Assembly: GCA_046317915.1 (NCBI GenBank)
Contig: JBKCVJ010000046.1
Span: forward strand, 23,352-87,351
Reading direction: 5' to 3'
DNA from: Sphingobacteriales bacterium
Lineage (GTDB): Bacteria; Bacteroidota; Bacteroidia; Chitinophagales; Chitinophagaceae
Length of the DNA stretch: 64,000 nucleotides
The position numbers were made by a program, and so were the translations under genes. Below are positions 54,266 through 61,795 of this stretch, one piece after another (position 1 is the first letter of the stretch; each line of letters starts with the position of its first letter). The notes under the pieces were generated by a model that made no database searches, was not told the DNA's origin, and saw only the letters and a list, made by a program, of their open reading frames with translations.

Positions 54266-54305
54266 CATTGCCGCATTACCGCATTGCCAAATTGTCTAAT
54301 TTCCA
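54266..54305. repeat. Octamer array x5 filling the batA-rsgA gap
   Basis: cattgccg cattaccg cattgcca aattgtct aatttcca. Confidence 0.85.
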
Positions 54306-54308
54306 CCC

Positions 54309-55235
54309 GTGTTAGCTACGGTTTACAAATCAACTGGATCATGGTATGTTGTGAAAACAACAGAAGGGCAGACCCTGCAGGCCAGGATCAAGGGGATTTT
54401 TAAGATCGATGGGATCACGTCAACCAATCCCATCGCTGTTGGAGACGAGGTGAATGTTGAGCTTGAACAGGGGACGGAACTGATGGCTATGATCACTGAG
54501 ATCTATAGCCGTAAAAATTACGTCAACCGGCAAAGCCCCTCCCACAAGATGCATCACCATATTGTTGCTGCGAATGTGGATCAGTCGCTCATGATCGCCA
54601 CACTTAAAGAGCCGCGTACGTCGCAGGGTTTTATCGATCGTTTCCTGATCGCTTGCGAGGCATACCATGTGCCCGCAATGATTGTCTTCAATAAAACAGA
54701 TCTATATAAGGATAAGGAGAAGGCGCGGTTGGAGGAGCTAACGGAAATGTATACACGTATTGGATATGGCGTGTACCCGATGAGTATAAAAAGCAGGGAG
54801 GGGGTTGATGCCGTGAAAGAGCTGATGACGGGTAAAACCAGCCTGATCAGCGGACATTCCGGTGTGGGCAAATCTTCTTTCATCAATGAGCTGTTACCTG
54901 AACTAGCGTTGCGCACCAAGGATGTGAGTGGCTGGAGTGGCAAGGGGATGCATACCACCACATTTGCGGAGATGTTTGACCTGCCTGGCGGGGGAAGGAT
55001 CATTGATACGCCAGGGATCCGTGAGTTTGGCCTGGTGGATATCAGTAAACAGGAATTATCTCATTATTTTCCCGAGATGCGTGACCTCATACAGGACTGC
55101 CAGTTTAATAATTGTCTGCACATGAATGAACTGGATTGCGCAGTAAAATTGGCGGTTCAGGAAGACAGGATCCATATTGACAGGTACGTGAGTTATTGTA
55201 CGATCCTTGATTCTATTGAAGAAAAGTCTTACTGA
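54309..55235 (+). CDS. rsgA: Ribosome small subunit-dependent GTPase A
   Basis: Circularly permuted GTPase NKTD, GHSGVGKS, DTPG; zinc finger CQFNNCLHMNELDC. Confidence 0.95.
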   Translation: MLATVYKSTGSWYVVKTTEGQTLQARIKGIFKIDGITSTNPIAVGDEVNVELEQGTELMAMITEIYSRKNYVNRQSPSHKMHHHIVAANVDQSLMIATLKEPRTSQGFIDRFLIACEAYHVPAMIVFNKTDLYKDKEKARLEELTEMYTRIGYGVYPMSIKSREGVDAVKELMTGKTSLISGHSGVGKSSFINELLPELALRTKDVSGWSGKGMHTTTFAEMFDLPGGGRIIDTPGIREFGLVDISKQELSHYFPEMRDLIQDCQFNNCLHMNELDCAVKLAVQEDRIHIDRYVSYCTILDSIEEKSY

Positions 55236-55240
55236 AGCGA

Positions 55241-55299
55241 GGGAGAAGATAAGGGGAGAAGTGCGAAGCCTCTTCGCACCTCTCCCTTTATCTTCTCCC
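55241..55299. repeat. 28-bp-stem hairpin between convergent genes
   Basis: gggagaagataaggggagaagtgcgaag-cct-cttcgcacctctccctttatcttctccc; 26/28 Watson-Crick pairs. Confidence 0.85.
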
Positions 55300-55305
55300 T
55301 TTCAT

Positions 55306-55608
55306 TCAGGCAATTGCCTTCAAAGTCTGCGCCAGATCAACAACTGCTTCGTTGTCTTTCCTTACCGCATCTTTCCAGTTTCTGGGAAAGATGGATACGC
55401 CATCGTAAATATTGTAATGCAGGGTGAGTTTATGCCCACGGTAGATGAAATCCCAGTAAGAGGTATCGGAATCATCGATCTTGTTGGTGAACTTGATCTT
55501 GATTCTTTCGGCCAGCAGATCCGCCACCTTGTAAAATTTGTCGAATCCGCAGTGTTCGGCAATGACAGCTTCTGTACAGCCGAAGTCGTTTCTTAGGGTA
55601 AGATCCAT
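55306..55608 (-). CDS. Hypothetical protein (~100 aa)
   Basis: MDLTLRNDFG...DWDF-like YWDFIYRGHKLTLHYNIYDGVSIFP; start moved so it does not overlap the upstream small gene. Confidence 0.65.
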   Translation of the reverse strand: MDLTLRNDFGCTEAVIAEHCGFDKFYKVADLLAERIKIKFTNKIDDSDTSYWDFIYRGHKLTLHYNIYDGVSIFPRNWKDAVRKDNEAVVDLAQTLKAIA

Positions 55609-55630
55609 ATGAGGGTTTTTTGATTCCCGT

Positions 55631-55792
55631 TTAGGCTTTGAACTTCTTCGCCTTCGGCACTTTCTCGCCGGAGAGGAGACGTTCCGCGCCCACATTTTTC
55701 CCGTTGCTCGGGCAGCCAGATTTCTGTGAACAGCTACAGGTCAGAGACACAATAATGCACAGCATGGCAGCCTTTAATAAAACGTTTTTCAT
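55631..55792 (-). CDS. Small (53 aa) lipoprotein
   Basis: MKNVLLKAAMLCIIVSLTCSC signal/lipobox followed by SQKSGCPSNGKNVGAERLLSGEKVPKAKKFKA. Confidence 0.65.
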   Translation of the reverse strand: MKNVLLKAAMLCIIVSLTCSCSQKSGCPSNGKNVGAERLLSGEKVPKAKKFKA

Positions 55793-55838
55793 GATATCCT
55801 GATAAGGGTTTAGCGATGTTGGATATAGGGATACCGGA

Positions 55839-56366
55839 TTATTCATGGCTGTCGTCTTTAAACCAGCCACTGTATTTCACATAGTTATTGGCGATCCTGT
55901 TGATTTCGCCCTCAACCAATTCCTGCGGGGTCTCTTTGACTTTTTTGGCAGGCACCCCCGCATAGATTGATCCCGGTTCTACGATAGTTCCCTCGAGCAC
56001 AACGGCTCCCGCAGCGATGATAGAGTTGCTATGGATGACAGCTTTATCCATCACGATGGCGCCCATACCGATCAGCACATTGTCGTGGATGGTGCAACCA
56101 TGAACGATGGCCAAATGACCAATGCTTACACTATTACCAACGTATGTTTCTGTTTTTTCGTATGTACAGTGAATAATAGCACCGTCTTGGATATTTACTT
56201 TATTACCCATTTTTATCTTGTTGACGTCGCCACGTACCACGGCATTGAACCAAACGGAGCATTCATCTCCGAAGGTTACATCCCCTACAATGGTGGCATT
56301 GGGGGCGATGAAGCAATCCTTGCCAAACCGGGGTAACACGCCAAGAACAGGTAAAATCACTGCCAT
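55839..56366 (-). CDS. Gamma-carbonic anhydrase family protein (YrdA/PaaY-like)
   Basis: Hexapeptide repeats, VVRGDVN, NIQDGAIIHCT, IGHLAIVHGC metal His residues. Confidence 0.92.
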   Translation of the reverse strand: MAVILPVLGVLPRFGKDCFIAPNATIVGDVTFGDECSVWFNAVVRGDVNKIKMGNKVNIQDGAIIHCTYEKTETYVGNSVSIGHLAIVHGCTIHDNVLIGMGAIVMDKAVIHSNSIIAAGAVVLEGTIVEPGSIYAGVPAKKVKETPQELVEGEINRIANNYVKYSGWFKDDSHE

Positions 56367-56447
56367 AGGATATAAAGTTAACATCCGTTCCCAATTCCGT
56401 GGGCGGATTTCGATTTCGTACCTTTATTCTTCGATAACTGGACAAAG

Positions 56448-57623
56448 ATGACCCACCGAGCCTTGTTTCTTCAGCATGTAGCCCAGACATCCACTGCTCC
56501 GCTTGCCATTGAGATCGAGCGGGCCGAGGGATGCAGGATGTGGGAGCCCTCTGGAAAGGAATACCTCGATCTGATCGGGGGTATCAGTGTGTGCAACACC
56601 GGGCATCGGCACCCGGCGGTGGTGCAAGCCGTTAAGGATCAAGTGGATAGGTATATGCACCTGATGGTGTATGGTGAACTCGTGCAGGCACCACAGGTGG
56701 CCTATGCGAAGGCATTGGCCGCAACGCTGCCCGCGCAGCTTCAGTCCGTTTACTTTACCAACTCGGGTACAGAAGCCACAGAAGGCGCGATGAAGCTTGC
56801 CAAGCGTTATACGGAGCGTACGGAAATCCTTGCATTCAAAGACTCGTACCATGGCTCCACCCAGGGTGCGTTGAGTGTAATGGGCGATGAATACTGGCGC
56901 AACGCTTACAGGCCACTACTGCCCGGCGTTTGGCATGAGACGTATAACAGCTATGCTGCACTGGAACGGATCACATCCCAAACGGCGATGGTGATTGCCG
57001 AAACAGTGCAGGCTGAAAAAGGGGTGCTGAAGCCGGATGTAGAATGGATGGAAGCGCTCCGCAAAAGGTGCACGGAAATGGGCGCTTTGTTGGTGTTGGA
57101 TGAGATCCAGGCAGGTTTTGGGAGAACGGGTTCCCTGTGGGCCTTTGAACAGTACGGCATTGTGCCGGATATACTTTTGCTCGGAAAGGCATTGGGTGGC
57201 GGCATGCCCCTCGGCGCATTTATTTCTTCTTCGGAGATCATGCAAGGCCTTACAGATCATCCGGTGCTGGGGCATATCACAACGTTTGGCGGCCATCCCG
57301 TGAGTTGCGCCGCTGGCCTTGCTTCGTTCAAAGTGATCACCAATGGATCGCTGATCAAAGATGTGAACAGAAAGTCTTCCATCTTTATGGAGCAACTGAA
57401 ACACCCGCGCATCAGGGCCGTAAGAGCTGCAGGACTGTTGATTGCTGTGGAGTTTGCTTCGTTTGAAGAGAATAAAAAAATCATTGATGCTTGTTTAGCC
57501 CGTGGCATATTTACAGATTGGTTCCTTTTTGCACCGCATTGCCTTCGGATTGCACCGCCATTGGTGATCACAGATGATGATATCTGTCATGCCATAGAAA
57601 ATATACTCGATTCTATTTTTTAG
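56448..57623 (+). CDS. Class III PLP aminotransferase (acetylornithine aminotransferase-like)
   Basis: YLDLIGGISV, NSGTEATEGAMK, YHGST, DEIQAGFGRTG, GKALGGG, TTFGGHP. Confidence 0.9.
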   Translation: MTHRALFLQHVAQTSTAPLAIEIERAEGCRMWEPSGKEYLDLIGGISVCNTGHRHPAVVQAVKDQVDRYMHLMVYGELVQAPQVAYAKALAATLPAQLQSVYFTNSGTEATEGAMKLAKRYTERTEILAFKDSYHGSTQGALSVMGDEYWRNAYRPLLPGVWHETYNSYAALERITSQTAMVIAETVQAEKGVLKPDVEWMEALRKRCTEMGALLVLDEIQAGFGRTGSLWAFEQYGIVPDILLLGKALGGGMPLGAFISSSEIMQGLTDHPVLGHITTFGGHPVSCAAGLASFKVITNGSLIKDVNRKSSIFMEQLKHPRIRAVRAAGLLIAVEFASFEENKKIIDACLARGIFTDWFLFAPHCLRIAPPLVITDDDICHAIENILDSIF

Positions 57624-57644
57624 CGTAACTTGAAATTAAAAAGT

Positions 57645-58262
57645 ATGAAACCGGTTTATTTCGTATTGATCCTGTCAACGCTATCAGGTTGCCAATCCCA
57701 ACCTGATCAACAAGCCAGTTCTGCGCCTTCACAAATCCCTACACAAATCCCTGCTCAAGATTCCTCAAAAACACAAGATCCTCAACAGATTGTCCTAAAG
57801 AACGGAACGGTAGTTCTCATTAACGAAACGCATCCTGTTGGAATGAGTTTAAGCGATATCGTGTTGAAATTGAAAGACCGTGGAGACAGCTTGTTGTTTA
57901 AAGATGCAGATCCTTTGCAAACCGTTTTGCATGCAGATTTGGATGGAGACGGTTCTGAGGAAATCCTGCTGCATACTACTGCAGCCGGAACGGGCAGTTA
58001 TGGACAGATCAAGGCGGTTTCCCTGGAAGGGGATAGTGTTTTTAGGGAAATTCGTTTCCCGGATACAGATCCCCAAAGGGAAATTTTTAAAGGATATATG
58101 GGGCACGATGTTTTTTCAATAGATGGAAATTCCCTAAACAGGGTATTCCCGGTGTATCTACCAACTGACGGGAACGGACAACCGACAGGCGGAAGCAGAA
58201 CCATCCGGTATCAATTATTAAAGAAAGGAAAGAATTTGGTCTTTGTTGAGGCGAAAAATTAA
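57645..58262 (+). CDS. Lipoprotein with putative PliI-like (I-type lysozyme inhibitor) domain
   Basis: Lipobox LSGC; DLDGDGSEEI...AGTGSYG...GYMGHD.F...RVFPVY...PTGGSRTIRY resembles Bacteroidota PliI-family proteins (recalled, not searched). Confidence 0.55.
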   Translation: MKPVYFVLILSTLSGCQSQPDQQASSAPSQIPTQIPAQDSSKTQDPQQIVLKNGTVVLINETHPVGMSLSDIVLKLKDRGDSLLFKDADPLQTVLHADLDGDGSEEILLHTTAAGTGSYGQIKAVSLEGDSVFREIRFPDTDPQREIFKGYMGHDVFSIDGNSLNRVFPVYLPTDGNGQPTGGSRTIRYQLLKKGKNLVFVEAKN

Positions 58263-58413
58263 ATAAAAATTAAACTGGAGGTCATATCTTGGTAATTGTA
58301 TAATAATAGTTTTGAGGGGTTAAAAAACGGTTCAACAAGGGTTACATTTTCGATGTTTTTGTAATATATTAATAGCGTTTAATAACCATTCTTTACGCCT
58401 TAACGAGGATCTT

Positions 58414-58791
58414 ATGATCGCATACCAACTAACAAGGGAGAAACGGGATCAGATTCTTGCGTTGATCGAAGAGCATCTCGAGACTGCAAAACCTTACTTG
58501 AAACACGGTTACTCTCTCAGAAACTTATCGGAAGACTTAGATGTTACCTACACCTATTTGTCTTTTATTATCAATCGCGAGTACGGCCTGAATTTCAACG
58601 ACCTCATCAACAGGTATCGTATTAAGCATTTGCGTTCGCTCATGGAAAGTCCTGACGCGCACATGTACACATTGGAAGGGTTGGCCAACCAGGCTGGTTT
58701 CAGTTCACGCTCTACGTTTTACAGAGCGTTTCAGAAAACCACCGGCAAAATGCCATCCGCCTTTATGCGTGATATGCTTACCAACAACTGA
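58414..58791 (+). CDS. Stand-alone AraC-type HTH DNA-binding protein
   Basis: LSEDLDVTYTYLSFIINREYGLNFNDLINRYRI...LANQAGFSSRSTFYRAFQKTTGKMPS. Confidence 0.88.
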   Translation: MIAYQLTREKRDQILALIEEHLETAKPYLKHGYSLRNLSEDLDVTYTYLSFIINREYGLNFNDLINRYRIKHLRSLMESPDAHMYTLEGLANQAGFSSRSTFYRAFQKTTGKMPSAFMRDMLTNN

Positions 58792-58845
58792 TCAGGTCTA
58801 TCGCAATTTCTTTACCTTTCATCTGAACTGATTAAAATCGGAGAG

Positions 58846-61215
58846 ATGAAAGGTTTGTTTTTTCTGGGTATAACAGTGATGCTTGCGCTTTGCAGCAAAG
58901 CGCAGGATCCTTCTGTTTGGCAACATCGGTTCTGGCCAGCTAAATGGGTGACGCATCCGGATGCAGGATCCAACGCTTTCGGCGTATATCATTTCAGGAA
59001 GGATCTGAATCTGGAAGCAAAGCCATTGGCATTCCTCATTCATCTTTCTGCGGATAACCTTTACCTTTTGCAGGTGAATGGGCAGCGCGTGGCTATGGGT
59101 CCGGCTAGAAGTGACCCCGCCAACTGGAACTATGAGACGGTTGATCTCGCTCCCTTCCTTCAGCTTGGCAAAAATATCATTACAGCAACGGTTTGGAATT
59201 TCGCTGATTTCCGTGCTTACGCGCAAACGAGCTATGAAACCGGATTCATTGTACAGGGTAATGGTGCGAAGGAAGCAGTGGTCAACACACCGGGCGATTG
59301 GAAAGTGGTTGTGAATGAGGCGTATCAGCCTTTGCCGATTGACAGGGCGAGCCTGCAAACCTACGTGGCAGTAGCATCAGGAGAGAAAGTGGACGGCGCA
59401 AGGTACGCGTGGGGATATGATGCTGCAGATGTATCTGGTCTTCCATGGAAGCCAGTCAGAACGCTTTGGTATCCTGCCAAGCCAAGGTCATATGGTACCG
59501 ATGGAAACTGGCAACTGGTACCAAGATCCATCCCGATGATGGAAGACCAGCTACAGGAATTTTCCATAGAACGATCCGGCTATTTGCTGGCTGCCAAAGG
59601 TAAGGAAACCGTGAAGGGGAGCTTCCCATGGACTTTTGCGGCCAACACCAAATACAGTCTTTTACTTGATCAGGGTACATTGACCAATGCCTATGTCCAA
59701 CTCCTGACTTCAGGCGGCGCCGGGGCTAAGGTCACGTTTACCTATGCTGAAGCCATGATCAATAACAAGCGGGAAAAAGGGAACAGAAACGAGATCACTG
59801 GAAAGCACCTCATCGGAATCAGCGACCAGTATACTTCTGATGGCGGCGCAAATCGGTTGTATAGCCCACTGCATTATCGCACCTTCCGATATGTAAGAGT
59901 GGATATCGAAACCGGCAGTGAATCGCTGGTCATCAATGAACTCAACAGCAGGTTCACCGGATATCCTTTTGAAGAAAAAGGAAAATTCATCACTGAGGAC
60001 AAAGGCTTGCAGCGCATTTGGGAAACGGGTTGGAGAACCGCACGTCTCTGCGCGATGGACACTTATATGGACTGTCCTTACTACGAACAGTTGCAATATG
60101 TGGGCGATACCCGTATACAGGCAATGATCTCTTTATATGTGGCGGGAGACGACAGGCTCATGAAGAAAGCCATTAGTGACATCGCCCATTCATTTATTGC
60201 AGATGGATTAACGCAGAGCAGATATCCTTCTCGTGATCTGCAGGTGATCCCTACTTTCTCGCTTTGGTGGGTCTGCATGATTCATGATTTATACATGCAT
60301 CGCAAAGACGATGCATTCATCCGGGAACAGCTGAACGGCGTTGAAAATGTGCTCCGGTGGTACGAAGAGAAAATGGCATCCAATGGAATACTGGGATCGC
60401 TCAGCTGGTGGCAGTTTGTGGATTGGAGCTGGCCCTGGGTTGACAGCATCCGTGTAGGAGGAGTTCCACCAGGCGTAAGCAAAGGCGGGTCAGCCATTGT
60501 AAGTTTACAGTATGCGTATACGTTAGTAAGGGCCGCTGAACTGATGACGACTTATGGAAGGGCGGACATGGCTAAAAAATACAAGGACAGGGCCGCAAGG
60601 ATCTGCACGGATGTTTACCGCTTATGCTGGGATGAAACCAAGGGAATGTTTGCAGATACACCGGAGAAAAAGGAATTCAGCCAACATGTGAACATTCTTG
60701 CGATCCTTACAGATGCTATCCCCGTAACCAGGCAACAAGCGCTTTTGAAAAAGATCATGACGGATACCGCTATCACACAGGCAACCTACTATTTCCGGTT
60801 TTATATGTTTGAATCGATGAAAAAGACGGGGCTTGGGAACGAATACCTTGCTGAACTAAAGCCATGGTATGATATGCTAGACATCGGCCTAACTACTTTT
60901 GCCGAGAACCCGGAACCCACAAGAAGTGATTGTCATGCATGGAGCGCTTCACCCTTGTATGAAATGCTGTCTCTTGTTGCCGGTGTGATGCCGGCATCAC
61001 CGGGATTTAATACCGTCTACATTAAACCACATCCAGGCACATTGAAAAGCTTTGATGCAGTGGTACCTCACCCCGGCGGTGAAATCAAAGTGACCCTCAG
61101 GAATAACCAATGGGAACTGTCATTACCCAAGGGCGTTACAGGAATCTTTGAATGGCAGGGAAAAAAGTATCCGCTGGCAGGTGATAAATGGCAGTTAGTA
61201 GCTAATAGCTATTAG
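58846..61215 (+). CDS. Alpha-L-rhamnosidase-like glycoside hydrolase (GH78)
   Basis: Signal peptide; DTYMDCPYYEQLQYVGD, ENPEPTRSDCHAWS (alpha/alpha)6 motifs. Confidence 0.85.
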   Translation: MKGLFFLGITVMLALCSKAQDPSVWQHRFWPAKWVTHPDAGSNAFGVYHFRKDLNLEAKPLAFLIHLSADNLYLLQVNGQRVAMGPARSDPANWNYETVDLAPFLQLGKNIITATVWNFADFRAYAQTSYETGFIVQGNGAKEAVVNTPGDWKVVVNEAYQPLPIDRASLQTYVAVASGEKVDGARYAWGYDAADVSGLPWKPVRTLWYPAKPRSYGTDGNWQLVPRSIPMMEDQLQEFSIERSGYLLAAKGKETVKGSFPWTFAANTKYSLLLDQGTLTNAYVQLLTSGGAGAKVTFTYAEAMINNKREKGNRNEITGKHLIGISDQYTSDGGANRLYSPLHYRTFRYVRVDIETGSESLVINELNSRFTGYPFEEKGKFITEDKGLQRIWETGWRTARLCAMDTYMDCPYYEQLQYVGDTRIQAMISLYVAGDDRLMKKAISDIAHSFIADGLTQSRYPSRDLQVIPTFSLWWVCMIHDLYMHRKDDAFIREQLNGVENVLRWYEEKMASNGILGSLSWWQFVDWSWPWVDSIRVGGVPPGVSKGGSAIVSLQYAYTLVRAAELMTTYGRADMAKKYKDRAARICTDVYRLCWDETKGMFADTPEKKEFSQHVNILAILTDAIPVTRQQALLKKIMTDTAITQATYYFRFYMFESMKKTGLGNEYLAELKPWYDMLDIGLTTFAENPEPTRSDCHAWSASPLYEMLSLVAGVMPASPGFNTVYIKPHPGTLKSFDAVVPHPGGEIKVTLRNNQWELSLPKGVTGIFEWQGKKYPLAGDKWQLVANSY

Positions 61216-61233
61216 CAACTAGCCAATAGCTTT
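61199..61233. repeat. (TAGCTAN)x5 heptamer array at a convergent junction
   Basis: tagctaa tagctat tagcaac tagccaa tagcttt. Confidence 0.8.
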
Positions 61234-61761
61234 ATCATCATCCCAGCGCCCACTTTATCCGTCAGTGCCAGTCCATTCACGTTTATAGGCCTTGAGTCAA
61301 CTGTGTTCAGTTTGTATTTTTGCATGGCAGCTGTTGCTGCTTCTTTCCAAGGCGCGATGAATATTCCACACCCAGCTCATCAGATTGTCTTTCCGCATCC
61401 CGACCGAATTTCAGGAACAACAACCCAAGACCCTGCTGGGCAGATTCTGCAAAAGGTGCAAGATCAGGCACCAAAACAAGGCCTGCGATCAATCCTAATT
61501 GCCCGAACAACTGGTTACGTTGTTGTACTATAGAATGCCTGGCCGCTATATGACCCACTTCATGTCCCAGCACCCCCATCAACTCCGCTTCATTGTTGAA
61601 ATGTGCCATTATGCCTCGGGTAAAGTATACATAACCTCCGGGTAATGCAAAGGCATTGATCAACTCGGCATCCAATAGCCGGAACGTGTAACGGGATTTT
61701 TTGCGCACCCATGGATAAGGGTTGCAGCAACGAGGCTGAAAATGAGGACAGGTTTCTTCAT
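61212..61761 (-). pseudogene. M48 (BepA/YfgC-like) metalloprotease lipoprotein collapsed by internal deletions and frameshifts
   Basis: Frame 1: MKKPVLIFSLVAATLIHGCAKNPVT; frame 2: YTFRLLDAELINAFALPGGY...HEVGH...ERQSDELGVEYSSRLG; frame 3: KEAATAAMQKYKLNTVDSRPINVNGLALTDKVGAGMMIKLL. Confidence 0.8.
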
Positions 61762-61795
61762 AACATGCTATATACAATTGGCGTTCCACCTTGAA

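Noticed and set aside
61307-61789. 160-aa ORF treated as an intact M48 protease
   Set aside because: Its N- and C-termini are out-of-frame readings of the true signal peptide and C-terminal blocks, so it is called a pseudogene.
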